Positions 29,955 to 39,275 are shown, counted from the stretch's first letter. The stretch: 64,000 nucleotides of DNA from Candidatus Multivoradales bacterium (GCA_965223325.1 CBDCWI010000001.1:928001-992000), one strand, 5' to 3'. Notes: generated by a model not told the origin, from the letters alone. Numbers and translations are program-made.

Positions 29955-31241
29955 TCAGCTGTCGAGGGCGCGTTCGAGATCACGGATGAGATCGTCTGTC
30001 GTTTCGAGACCGATCGACAGCCGCACGACCTCATCTCCAGCCCCGGCCAAACGACGTTGCTCTTCGCTGAGCTGACGATGGGTCGTCGAGGCCGGATGGA
30101 GGATGAGCGAGCGCGAGTCGCCGACGTTGGCAAGGTGCGAGAACAGCTCGCAGTTCTCGACACAGGAGAGGCCTCGCTCGTAGCCGCCGGCGACACCGAT
30201 GGTGAACACCGAACCGGCTCCCTTCGGCATGTACTTGAGCGCGCGCTGATGATGGGGACTCGACGCCAGACCGGCGTAGGAAACCCACTCGACGCTCGGG
30301 TGCTCCTCCAACCACGACGCGACGCGCAGTGCGTTCTCGCAGTGCCGCTCCATGCGCAGCGCCAGGGTTTCGGTCCCCAGCAGCGTCTGGAAGGCATTCA
30401 TCGGCGCCTGGGTCGCACCGAGGTCACGGAGACCGACAGCGTGCGCCCAGACAGTGAAGGCGAGATCGCCGAAGGTCTCGTAGAACGACAGACCGTGATA
30501 CGCCTCCTCGGGCTCGGCGAGCGCCGGGAACCCGTTGCCCGCCCAATCGAAGAGGCCACTATCGACGACTGCCCCACCCATCGCCGAACCGTTGCCGGTC
30601 AGGAACTTGGTCGTCGAGTGGACGACGAGATCGGCACCCCACTCGATCGGCCGGCAGAGGTAAGGCGTCGCCAGGGTGTTGTCGACAATCAGGGGAACGC
30701 CGTGTGCTCGCGCAAGGTCGGCAAGTGGTTCCAGGTCACTGATGACGCCGCCCGGGTTGGCAATGCTCTCAACGAACAGCGCCTTCGTGCGTGGCCCCAT
30801 GGCGGCCTCGGTGGCCGTGAGGTCGGCGGTATCGACGAAATCCACCTGCCAGTCGAACTTCTTGAAGGTCTTGGCGAACTGGGTGATCGATCCACCGTAG
30901 AGCCGGTTGGAGGCAACGAAGCGGTCGCCGGGCTCGAGGAGAGCGAAGAACGCGAGCACTTGTGCGGCATGCCCGGTGGCGGTGCAGGCAGCGCCGCGGC
31001 CACCCTCTAGACTCGCCAGGCGCTCCTCGAGGGCAGCCACGGTCGGGTTCGACAACCGTGAGTAGACAAAGCCGAAGGTCTGGAGGTTGAACAGCGACGC
31101 AGCGTGGTCGGCGTTCTCGAACACGTACGAGGCGTTCTGGAACACCGGCACCTGGCGCGCGCCGGTAACCGGCTCGGGTGGCGCCCCGGCATGCACCATG
31201 CGGGTTTCGAACCCGTAGGGCTCATCACGCTTGCGCCTCAC
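29955..31241 (-). CDS. metY: O-acetylhomoserine aminocarboxypropyltransferase
   Basis: YSRLSNPT, LYGGS, VDNTLATP, HSTTKF, HLANVGD, HPASTTHRQL, RLSIGLE. Confidence 0.93.
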   Translation of the reverse strand: MRRKRDEPYGFETRMVHAGAPPEPVTGARQVPVFQNASYVFENADHAASLFNLQTFGFVYSRLSNPTVAALEERLASLEGGRGAACTATGHAAQVLAFFALLEPGDRFVASNRLYGGSITQFAKTFKKFDWQVDFVDTADLTATEAAMGPRTKALFVESIANPGGVISDLEPLADLARAHGVPLIVDNTLATPYLCRPIEWGADLVVHSTTKFLTGNGSAMGGAVVDSGLFDWAGNGFPALAEPEEAYHGLSFYETFGDLAFTVWAHAVGLRDLGATQAPMNAFQTLLGTETLALRMERHCENALRVASWLEEHPSVEWVSYAGLASSPHHQRALKYMPKGAGSVFTIGVAGGYERGLSCVENCELFSHLANVGDSRSLILHPASTTHRQLSEEQRRLAGAGDEVVRLSIGLETTDDLIRDLERALDS

Positions 31242-31750
31242 CGTCCGCCGTCTCCGCGCGCTCCGCGTCGACTGGTGATGACGCCGGTATTGACCCCCTG
31301 CCAGGCGAGCTCACGGTAGAGCCGGCCGAACTCGATCTTCGGACAACGGTCCATGACCACCTCGAGACCGGCTGCCAGGGCACGCTCGGCGGCTTCGGGG
31401 TTGATCACCCCGAGCTGCATCCAGACGACTTCGATGCCCTTGTCTTCGGCGAGTGAAATCGCTTCGTCGGTGATGCCGCCGGCCGCCTCCGAATTCCGGA
31501 AGATGTCGACCATCTCGAACGGGCCGGGTGCTTCTCCAAGCGATGCGTAGGCAGCCTCACCGAGAATCTCCTCACCCGCCGCCGCGACCTTGGGGTTGAT
31601 CGGGATCACCCGGTAGCCCTTCTCCTGCAGGTACTTCATCGCAAAGTTGGAGGGACGCTTCCAGTTGGCACTCGCACCCACCATCGCGATGGTGCGCACA
31701 CGCTCGAGAATGCGACGGATCGCGGCGTCGTCGGGTGGCCTCCAGCTCAT
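31238..31750 (-). CDS. CoA-binding domain protein (YccU-like)
   Basis: IAMVGAS, RPSN, VDIFR, VWMQLG, VVMDRCPKIE. Confidence 0.9.
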   Translation of the reverse strand: MSWRPPDDAAIRRILERVRTIAMVGASANWKRPSNFAMKYLQEKGYRVIPINPKVAAAGEEILGEAAYASLGEAPGPFEMVDIFRNSEAAGGITDEAISLAEDKGIEVVWMQLGVINPEAAERALAAGLEVVMDRCPKIEFGRLYRELAWQGVNTGVITSRRGARGDGGR

Positions 31751-31783
31751 GGCACCAGGAAAGGCGAAGCGGTACCGGAACGC

Positions 31784-32131
31784 TCAGAAGAGCATCGCGC
31801 CGCGCGGAGGGCTGGCCATCGATCGCAGACTGCGGGCGCGAATCAACTTCGACTGCTGGGAGCCCAGGACGCGTTGCACTTCGTGTTTGGCCACCAGGTC
31901 CAGGCCAACGGTACGCACGTACCAGGGGAGCGAACCCAACCTGGCGACGCGGTCGGCGCGGACTCGCAGGCGGACCTCTTCTTCGAGCTGGGTGAAGCTG
32001 AGACCACCGCCGCGCGGGGGCAGTGCATCGAGGATCGCGGCGGCGATCATGTCGTACTTCCAGCGATCGATCCGCGGGCCGGTCAATTCTCCGTCTGGGT
32101 CTTCGCAGAAGACTTTCTCGTTCGACGACAT
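31784..32131 (-). CDS. Small hypothetical protein
   Basis: ATG at 32131 with GGGAG upstream; globular-looking sequence (RIDRWKYD...GSLPWYVRTVGLDL). Confidence 0.65.
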   Translation of the reverse strand: MSSNEKVFCEDPDGELTGPRIDRWKYDMIAAAILDALPPRGGGLSFTQLEEEVRLRVRADRVARLGSLPWYVRTVGLDLVAKHEVQRVLGSQQSKLIRARSLRSMASPPRGAMLF

Positions 32132-32332
32132 GGCAGAACTCCCGAGGGCAGTGGAGAGGGACAAGGCGACTCTGCGGAAAGCACTGTCTTTACGCCCGCC
32201 CGGCCACTGAGCCCAGGGCGTAAGCGTTCGAGACATTCAGGGGATCGAGAAGAGAATGCTCAATTCTAGCGGACTGGTAGATTCACCCCCAGCTTTCTGG
32301 CCGTTACTCAACCTCGTATTTCAGGAGTCCGT

Positions 32333-33676
32333 ATGGAAACCGCAACCCGCAGCCTCGCCTTGATCGCCCTGTCCTTCTTGCTGACTGGCTCGCTTGCTGC
32401 TTCTGAGAACAACACCTGGCCCGCCTGGCGAGGCCACGACCAATCCGGAGTTGCCGTGAGCACCGAAGCGCTGCCGACGGACTGGTCGAAGGAGAACATC
32501 CTCTGGAAGACGCCGATCGAGGGCAACGGTCACTCTTCGCCGGTCGTCTGGGCAGACCGAATCTTCCTGACCACCGCCATCGAGGGCGACGAGATCCCGG
32601 GTGCCGAACCGCCAGAGCACACGTTCGGCGGCCAGCCGTTCAAACACCCCCAGGCGATGGCCGGCAACCTGCACCACACCTTCAAGGTAATCGCCATCGA
32701 CCGCTCGAGCGGCGAGGTCGTGTGGAGCAAGGTCGCCTACGAGGGGCGGGTCTACGACGATCGCCACAAGGACAGCAGCTACGCCTCGCCCACAACAGTC
32801 ACCGATGGTGAGCGCGTGATCGCCTACTTTGGTTCGGAGGGGGTCTACTCCTACAAGTGGGACGGCACCCTTGAATGGAAGCGCGATATCGGTGACATCA
32901 AGTCGGTGGGCCTCGGGGTCGCGTCGTCACCCGTGCTCCACGGTAGCCTGCTCTTTCTGCAGGCAGACGAGGATTCGGGCGAGCAGTCGTTCATGGTGGC
33001 GCTGGACAAGCGCACCGGCGAAGAGGTCTGGAAGGTCTCACGTGATGTCCAGCTCTCCTGGACGACTCCCCTGATCGTCGAACACTCAACCGGCACCGTC
33101 CTGGTGACAGTCGGCAACGAATGGGTCATCGCCTACGACCCGGCGGGAGGCGAAGAAGTGTGGCGTGTTCCGGGGCTTGCCAACAACGCCATTCACAGCC
33201 CGATGGTGTCGGGCGACCTGCTCATCGCCACCTCGGGCTACCCAGAGAAGAAGGCCTTCGCCGTACGACTGGGAGGCAAGGGCACGCTCGGTAACGACAG
33301 CGTTGCCTGGACCTACGAGAAAGGCCTCGCCTACATCCCGTCGAATGTTCTCTACGACGGCATTCTCTACGTCACCAACGACGGTGGCGTCTTGACGGCC
33401 CTTGACCCGGCCACCGGCGAGGTGATCTACGGAGGGGGTCGATCAGACATCCGGGGGCGCTATGCAGCGTCTCTCGTCGCCGGTGGCGGCCTGATTCTGC
33501 AGGTCAACATGGACGGCGACGCCGCCTTCATCAAGGCGGGCGACGAGCACGAAGTGGTCGCAACGACCTCGATCGACGAACCGGTCTGGGCAACGCCGGC
33601 GATCGTCGACAACATGATCTACCTGCGCTCGCGCGAGAACCTCTACGCCATCGGTAACAAGGCGGCGGCGGAATAG
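32333..33676 (+). CDS. Secreted PQQ-like beta-propeller (BamB-like) repeat protein
   Basis: Signal peptide, WPAWRG, GHSSPVVW, ASSPV, repeated ALDxxTGE..W motifs. Confidence 0.88.
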   Translation: METATRSLALIALSFLLTGSLAASENNTWPAWRGHDQSGVAVSTEALPTDWSKENILWKTPIEGNGHSSPVVWADRIFLTTAIEGDEIPGAEPPEHTFGGQPFKHPQAMAGNLHHTFKVIAIDRSSGEVVWSKVAYEGRVYDDRHKDSSYASPTTVTDGERVIAYFGSEGVYSYKWDGTLEWKRDIGDIKSVGLGVASSPVLHGSLLFLQADEDSGEQSFMVALDKRTGEEVWKVSRDVQLSWTTPLIVEHSTGTVLVTVGNEWVIAYDPAGGEEVWRVPGLANNAIHSPMVSGDLLIATSGYPEKKAFAVRLGGKGTLGNDSVAWTYEKGLAYIPSNVLYDGILYVTNDGGVLTALDPATGEVIYGGGRSDIRGRYAASLVAGGGLILQVNMDGDAAFIKAGDEHEVVATTSIDEPVWATPAIVDNMIYLRSRENLYAIGNKAAAE

Positions 33677-33745
33677 GAAGGGAGCGCCGCCGGGACACGA
33701 GTCGGTCCCGGCGCGTTGTCTCGGGCGCGTTGCTCAGGCGCTGTC

Positions 33746-35128
33746 TCAGGTGGTCTCCCAGCGCCGGGCGAGACAACGCGCGACCGCCATCAAGGTGGCG
33801 CCGATCAAACACATCATGGCGACCTCGGGGGCGATCGAGCGCAGAATGTCGAGCACCCCGGCACCCGGAGCGTCGTACCAGAAGACGTCGAGGAAGCCGT
33901 CGAGCGCCCAGCCGTTGAAGGTGAAGCGAGAGAGCGGCTCGAGAAACGACGGCATGATGTAGCGCGGCACCATGCTGCCGCCGAGCGCCGACATGATGAG
34001 AATCAAAATGGTGGCCATGCCGTTGAGCTGGGCCCGGGTCTTCGCCAGGGCAGCGAGCATCAAGGCGAAGGCAGACGCTGCGCCCGCGGTCACCACAGCC
34101 ATCACCAGGCAACCCACGAAATGGGGTGCGGTAAACAGGTCAACGTCAAAGACCAACGCTCCCCAAACGAACATCAAGAGCACCTGCAAGATCCCGATCG
34201 CCGTGAACCACGCCCAGTAGGCGCCGAGCAGCGTGCCCATCGTGGCGCTCGACGACAACAGGCGCTCGAGAGTCCCGAGCTCGGCCTCGTCTAAGAGGCC
34301 GCTGGCTGCACCGGTGATCGAGAACAGAAGGAACATCACGCCAAAACCGGCGGCGTAGTAGCTCGCCATCGACGGCTGCTTTTCGTCGTCGTCGGCGTGC
34401 GCCGCGGTTGAGGTGACGTCGACGAGACCGGCCATCGCACCGGCGGTGCCTCCCGCATCAAGAGCGCCCTGGCCCTGGAGCATCGGCTGAGCAGCTTCGA
34501 ACGCCGCCTTCTGTTCGTCGGTCAAACCGCCTCCGAACGTGTCGAGAAACTCCATTCCCGTCTCCATCAACCGGCTCGGCGCCGCCTGCATCACGGCTGC
34601 CTGCACCAGTCCCCCGATGGTGTGTTGCGCCATCGGGTTCGAGGCGTCATAGATGACCTCGAACTGCGGTGGTGTTCCTGCCAACGCACCGAGTTGATCG
34701 GCGAAACCCGGCGGAATGAGGAGGGCTGCCGCAATGTCGCCAGAGCGCACGGCGAGGAAGGCCGCATCCCGACGTTCCGTTTCGCCGAGCGTTGTTGCTC
34801 CATCGGGCAGTTCGGGGTCCTCTCGGACGGCGAGGGCCTCATTGCCCGCCAGTGATGCCACCAGAGCGCGACTTGCGCCACTGTTGTCGAGATCGACAAT
34901 GCGGAGCTCGATCGGGCGCAGCGTTGCGCCGCCACCGCCGCCACTGCGGGCACCGAAGATGGTCGCGAAGATCGAGAAGAACACCATCGGCAGAACGAAC
35001 GCCAGGAAGAGCGCCGTCTTGTCGCGACGCAAAGTCCTCCAGAGAACCCACAGCAGCGTCGGAATACCCCGCACGGTTCGGACGAAGCCAGTGGGAGGCG
35101 GTGAGGTGTTGGACACAGAAGCGCTCAA
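33746..35128 (-). CDS. ABC-2 type exporter permease
   Basis: N-terminal TM, large periplasmic loop, GTLERLL, SALGGSMVP. Start uncertain. Confidence 0.85.
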   Translation of the reverse strand: MSASVSNTSPPPTGFVRTVRGIPTLLWVLWRTLRRDKTALFLAFVLPMVFFSIFATIFGARSGGGGGATLRPIELRIVDLDNSGASRALVASLAGNEALAVREDPELPDGATTLGETERRDAAFLAVRSGDIAAALLIPPGFADQLGALAGTPPQFEVIYDASNPMAQHTIGGLVQAAVMQAAPSRLMETGMEFLDTFGGGLTDEQKAAFEAAQPMLQGQGALDAGGTAGAMAGLVDVTSTAAHADDDEKQPSMASYYAAGFGVMFLLFSITGAASGLLDEAELGTLERLLSSSATMGTLLGAYWAWFTAIGILQVLLMFVWGALVFDVDLFTAPHFVGCLVMAVVTAGAASAFALMLAALAKTRAQLNGMATILILIMSALGGSMVPRYIMPSFLEPLSRFTFNGWALDGFLDVFWYDAPGAGVLDILRSIAPEVAMMCLIGATLMAVARCLARRWETT

Positions 35129-35132
35129 TCGC

Positions 35133-36131
35133 CTACTCCCGCAACTCATGGCCGGTGAGGTGAAGAAAGACGTCCTGGAGAGTCGGAGCTTCGACTTCCA
35201 GGTCGGTGACGAGGACGCCGGCGCGGCGCAGTTCTTCGAGTCGCCTGGGTAGCTCTCGGGCGAGGTCCTCGAGGCGAAACTCGAGAGCGTCGGGCGGCCG
35301 CGGTGTAAAGGCCGAAAGCTCTGCGGCGGCCTCCGTGTTCGTCGCCCTGACGGTCACCAGGCGGCCCGAACCGATCGTCCGGTCGACGAGCTCATCGAAA
35401 CGTCCGCTGGCAACCGTTCGGCCGTGGTCGACGATCGTGATGCGCTCGCAGACCTGCTGTGCCTCGTCGAGCTGATGGGTTGTCAAGAGTAGCGACGCTC
35501 CACCGCGCTGCAACTCGGCGAGCATCTCCCAGATGCGTTCGCGGCTGTGCGGATCGACCCCGACGGTCGGCTCGTCGAGCAGCAGGATCGACGGCTCATG
35601 CAACGTGGCACAGGCGAGATTGAGGCGTCGCTTCATGCCACCCGAGAACCCTTCCACGAGGTCGTTCCGGCGGTCCTCCAGGTTTGTCCACGAGAGCGCT
35701 TCGGCGACCCGACGCGCCAGGTCACCGTCGGCGACCCCCTGCAGAGCTCCCCAGGCCGCGAGATTCTCCGCCGCCGTCAGCCGGGGATAGAGCGCCACCT
35801 CCTGCGGCACGATGCCGAGCGTGTCGCGAAGCACCAGGGAGGCGGGCGAGCGGGCGACGGTGCGGCCGTGAATTGTGATCGAACCGGAGTCGAGTTCAAC
35901 GCGCCCCGCCAGGGCACGAATCAAGGTGGTCTTGCCAGCTCCGTTGGGCCCGAGTAAGCCCAACCACTCGCCGCGAGCGAGGGACACGTCGACACCCGCC
36001 AGAGCCTGGGTGTCACCGAAGCGCTTGTGGGCGCCGCGAACTTCGAGCACCGTCTCGATTCCTGAGGCGGTCGGTGAGGCGGCGCTCTCCGAACGGCGCT
36101 CGTCGGCGGGCTGGGAGATGGAATCGTTCAC
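35133..36131 (-). CDS. ABC-2 type exporter ATP-binding protein
   Basis: GPNGAGKT, FSGGMKRR, LLDEPTVGVDP, LQDVFLHLTG. Confidence 0.92.
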   Translation of the reverse strand: MNDSISQPADERRSESAASPTASGIETVLEVRGAHKRFGDTQALAGVDVSLARGEWLGLLGPNGAGKTTLIRALAGRVELDSGSITIHGRTVARSPASLVLRDTLGIVPQEVALYPRLTAAENLAAWGALQGVADGDLARRVAEALSWTNLEDRRNDLVEGFSGGMKRRLNLACATLHEPSILLLDEPTVGVDPHSRERIWEMLAELQRGGASLLLTTHQLDEAQQVCERITIVDHGRTVASGRFDELVDRTIGSGRLVTVRATNTEAAAELSAFTPRPPDALEFRLEDLARELPRRLEELRRAGVLVTDLEVEAPTLQDVFLHLTGHELRE

Positions 36132-36240
36132 GGCGATCAGAGAGTACGCCAGCAGTCGGTCAGGGTGTTGTTCACAAGTCCTCCGCGGTTTCTATGCGCC
36201 GATCTCAACCGACCGACCGGTTGGACTTTGGCTCCCTCTC

Positions 36241-36269
36241 TTGACGCTCCCTACGCTTCGTCCTAACCT
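36241..36269 (+). promoter_or_regulatory. Sigma70-type promoter
   Basis: TTGACG-N17-TAACCT, close to the TTGACA-N17-TATAAT consensus. Confidence 0.55.
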
Positions 36270-36275
36270 TCTGTT

Positions 36276-36910
36276 CAGTTCGACGCGCGCTGCCCTTCTG
36301 GGTCCTGAGGCCCGCTCACCAAGGAGCCGGGCCCGAATGCGGGCCCAACGATGGAGAGCAGCTCAGCCGTTAGAGGAGGCACCCATGAGTCCGCCGGACC
36401 ACCGTCAGCCCTCGGAAACCGGGTACGGTGACCTGACCGAGGGCCCAGAAAATCACCGGGCGAACGATCGAAGAGCCTGACGAGCCCGCGAAACATTCGC
36501 AACGACGGGCCGACCGTCCGTCGCGTGACCTCCAACCAAAGAGGTCGGGCCAGCTCGCCACCCTGCGGAACTCGTTGGAACGGGGACCGTCACTGACACG
36601 ACGAGCGTCGAGAGAGTCCCGCAACTCTCAGAGACCCCTGCTCTGACCCGCCTCTCCCATCGGTAGCACTGGCCTCGAAAGTTTACCGCCCCGGCGCGTC
36701 GCGCCTCCCGCCAGATCGCCGTGTCTCGACCACGACCCTCGGCCCTGGCAGCCAGGCAGCAGACCCCGGATGCGAGAACTCGAACGCGACGTACGAGCCG
36801 TTCCGCAAGTGCGACCCCATCGGTCTCTTGACCAAGAGCGGTGCACTCGCCGCCAAACGATCCACGCAGACGTTCAAAGAGCGCAGCGGACCACCGCTGC
36901 GCTCTTTCTC
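36276..36910 (+). ncRNA. Candidate large structured RNA or small-ORF transcript of unknown class
   Basis: Lies between a promoter and a terminator, has no credible long ORF and carries many hairpins (see findings). Confidence 0.35.
36385..36480 (+). CDS. Candidate 31-aa small ORF
   Basis: AGAGGAGG at 36372-36379, 5 nt before the ATG; MSPPDHRQPSETGYGDLTEGPENHRANDRRA. Confidence 0.35.
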   Translation: MSPPDHRQPSETGYGDLTEGPENHRANDRRA

Positions 36911-36912
36911 TT
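36876..36912. terminator. Probably bidirectional intrinsic terminator
   Basis: AAAGAGCGCAGCGG-ACCA-CCGCTGCGCTCTTT perfect inverted repeat with tail TTTCTCTT on + and TTTG on -; about 90 nt after the glnK stop. Confidence 0.75.
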
Positions 36913-36998
36913 CGTCGACCGCGAGCGCCCGGCAACGGCCCGGCAATCGACAGGCAATTGCCCGGGAAACGACTGGGGTGAATCTCTGATTCCTCGGG

Positions 36999-37340
36999 TC
37001 AGCCGATGGCGACGGGACCTCGCTCGCCGGTGCGAATGCGGACGACCTCGCCGAGGTCGAGCACGAAGAGCTTGCCGTCACCAATCTTGCCGGTCTGGGC
37101 TCCCCCGGACACGGCGCTGATGACCTTTTCAACGAACTCGTCGTTGACTGCGATCTCGATCTTCGCCTTGCGCAGGAGTCGACCGCCTTCTTTGTGGCTG
37201 CGGTAGACCTCGGACACGCCCTTCTGGCGCCCGCGGCCCATGACGGGCGTCACGGTACACAGATGCACCTCCGCTTCATCGAGTTTGTCGAGCACTTCGT
37301 CGAGCCGATCCGGCTGAACGATCGCAATGATGTACTTCAC
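36999..37340 (-). CDS. glnK: P-II nitrogen regulatory protein
   Basis: GRGRQKG, KAKIEI, TGKIGDGKLFV, VRIRTGE; directly downstream of amtB. Confidence 0.93.
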   Translation of the reverse strand: MKYIIAIVQPDRLDEVLDKLDEAEVHLCTVTPVMGRGRQKGVSEVYRSHKEGGRLLRKAKIEIAVNDEFVEKVISAVSGGAQTGKIGDGKLFVLDLGEVVRIRTGERGPVAIG

Positions 37341-37379
37341 GACCTTTTCTCCTCCAGTCTTTAGGTTCTTCGTGCTCGC

Positions 37380-38747
37380 CTAGTCGACGAGGGTGTAGGC
37401 GGTTTCGCGATGCGACGCCAGGTCGAGACCGAGGCGCTCTTCATCGTCTGAGACCCGCAGCCCCACCACCAGGTCGATGACCTTGAGAAGCAGGAAGGAC
37501 GCCAGAGAAGCGTAGACGAGGGTGTAGAGAACTGCCTTCATCTGAATGAGGAGCTGACCGGGGTTGCCGAAGAAGAGACCGTTGATGTCGTTGCCAGGAA
37601 CGGCACTCGTTGCCCACAGTCCGGCGGCGAGGGCGCCCCAAATGCCGGCGACCCCGTGCACGCCGAAGACGTCGAGTGAGTCGTCGTAGCCAAACCGTGG
37701 TTTGAGCACCGTCACAGCTGGCCAGGCGATCACCGACGCGAAACCGCCAACACCAAGCGCCCCGAGGGCATTGACCGAACCACAAGCGGGTGTGATCGCA
37801 ACCAGACCGGCAACCGCACCCGTGATCGCACCGAGAAGCGTTGGCTTCTTCTCGCGCAGCCAGTCGAGTATCGCCCAGCCCAGCGCACCCGCAGCCGCCG
37901 CGACATGCGTCACCACCAGAGCGTTGGCGGCGCTGGCGTTGGCGCCCAGAGCGCTGCCGGCGTTGAAGCCAAACCATCCGAACCACAACAGGCCGGTCCC
38001 CAGAACTGCAAACGGCAGGTTGTGCGGCGGCGACATGCCGTCGGGGTAGTCGCGCCTGCGACCGAGCACCAGCGCCGCCACCAGGGCCGAGACCCCGGCG
38101 TTGATGTGCACGACCGTTCCGCCCGCGAAGTCGAGAGCGTTGTCGGCGCCAAGGCCGAAAAAGCCTTCGGCTCCACCCCACACCCAGTGACACACCGGAG
38201 CGTAGACCAGCAGCAGCCAGAGTCCACTGAACCAACACAAAGCGCTGAACTTGATGCGTTCGGCAAAGGCACCCACCATGAGCGCCGGAGTAATGACTGC
38301 GAACATACCCTGAAAGATCATGAACAGCTGGCCCGGAATCGTCGTCCCATCCCAGGCATCGAAACCGACGCCGCGCAGAAAGAAGTAGTCGCCACCACCG
38401 ATGAAGCCGCCGAGGCGGTCGGAGCCGAAGGCCAGGCTGAAGCCAAACAAGATCCACAGGACGGTCATCAGCCCCATGCACAGAAAGCACTGCATGAGTA
38501 TCGACAAGATGTTCTTGCGGCGCACCAGGCCACCGTAGAAGAACGCCAGGCCGGGCGTCATGAGAAGAACCATCGCGCTGGCCATCAGGACCCAGGCGGT
38601 GTCGCCAGTGTCGATTCCTCCCTGCTCGGAGGCGAGGAGCGGTGGCGTGGCGGCAACGGCCCCGATGAGAAAGGTCGAGAAGACCGCCGCTGGAAAACGA
38701 AGTAGGAGCCAGCGCGGCCTGTGCTGCGGCGGAGAACTGGGGGTCAT
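37380..38747 (-). CDS. amtB: Ammonium transporter
   Basis: MTPGLAFFYGG, DFAGGTVVH, WFGWFGFNAGS, DDSLDVFGVHG (both pore histidines present). Confidence 0.96.
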   Translation of the reverse strand: MTPSSPPQHRPRWLLLRFPAAVFSTFLIGAVAATPPLLASEQGGIDTGDTAWVLMASAMVLLMTPGLAFFYGGLVRRKNILSILMQCFLCMGLMTVLWILFGFSLAFGSDRLGGFIGGGDYFFLRGVGFDAWDGTTIPGQLFMIFQGMFAVITPALMVGAFAERIKFSALCWFSGLWLLLVYAPVCHWVWGGAEGFFGLGADNALDFAGGTVVHINAGVSALVAALVLGRRRDYPDGMSPPHNLPFAVLGTGLLWFGWFGFNAGSALGANASAANALVVTHVAAAAGALGWAILDWLREKKPTLLGAITGAVAGLVAITPACGSVNALGALGVGGFASVIAWPAVTVLKPRFGYDDSLDVFGVHGVAGIWGALAAGLWATSAVPGNDINGLFFGNPGQLLIQMKAVLYTLVYASLASFLLLKVIDLVVGLRVSDDEERLGLDLASHRETAYTLVD

Positions 38748-38824
38748 GGAGCAACCTCGGCGGTGATGGATTGTTCGCGGTCCGAACGACGGATTCGTTC
38801 AACGGTGTCGATGCCTGTCGGAAG

Positions 38825-38840
38825 AGCAAGGGCCACGCCA
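38825..38840 (-). promoter_or_regulatory. Sigma54 (-24/-12) promoter of amtB-glnK
   Basis: Minus strand TGGCGTGGCCCTTGCT, i.e. GG-N10-GC with TTGC. Confidence 0.7.
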
Positions 38841-38895
38841 ACTTGCGGATCAACCCGCGTGGCCATTGGCAAGACCTTTAAGCTGAAGCGTTTAC

Positions 38896-38912
38896 GCCAC
38901 CAGATGGGAGCA
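38896..38912 (-). promoter_or_regulatory. Possible NtrC-type enhancer site
   Basis: Minus strand TGCTCCCATCTGGTGGC versus consensus TGCACCAWWWTGGTGCA; about 90 bp upstream of the inferred start of transcription. Confidence 0.4.
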
Positions 38913-39020
38913 CCGCCAGGATCCGCCGAGGCGTCGTGGGGCTCGACATCTTCGTCACTCCGCGCCTCTCGGTCGACAAGACTGTCGCTTCAGAAGGGCG
39001 CTATAGTCGATGTGTCATCT

Positions 39021-39251
39021 AACGGGAACGGTTCGCGATTTCGTCGCGTGAAAAGGGAAACCGGTGTGAATCCGGTGCGGCCCCCGCCACTGTGACCAGG
39101 GACGACCCCGCTCGTGAGCGCGCTCGACATCGTTTCGTCGAGCGGCGCTCGACCACTGAGGCCATTGATACCCATCCAGAAGGTGTCTCGGGCCCTGGGA
39201 AGGTTCTGCGACGGTCGGTTGATCTGGACAGTCAGGAGACCTGCCATTCCT
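39021..39251 (+). promoter_or_regulatory. Cobalamin riboswitch
   Basis: AAAAGGGAAACCGGTGTGAATCCGGTGCGGCCCCCGCCACTGTGA, CCACTG...GGGAAG and the B12 box AGTCAGGAGACCTGCC; upstream of a TonB-dependent receptor. Confidence 0.95.
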
Positions 39252-39275
39252 CGAGCTTGAAACGGGAGGTTTCGA

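Noticed and set aside
33688-33713. CGCCGGGAC/GTCCCGGCG hairpin between convergent genes
   Set aside because: No U-tract on either strand, so it was not called as a terminator.
36385-36480. Lasso-peptide precursor reading (T-x-G junction, Asp at core position 9)
   Set aside because: The tail would be only three residues and no cyclase, peptidase or RRE gene is in the window.
36481-36560. Canonical tRNA gene
   Set aside because: No T-loop or D-loop consensus, and the arm and loop sizes are wrong.
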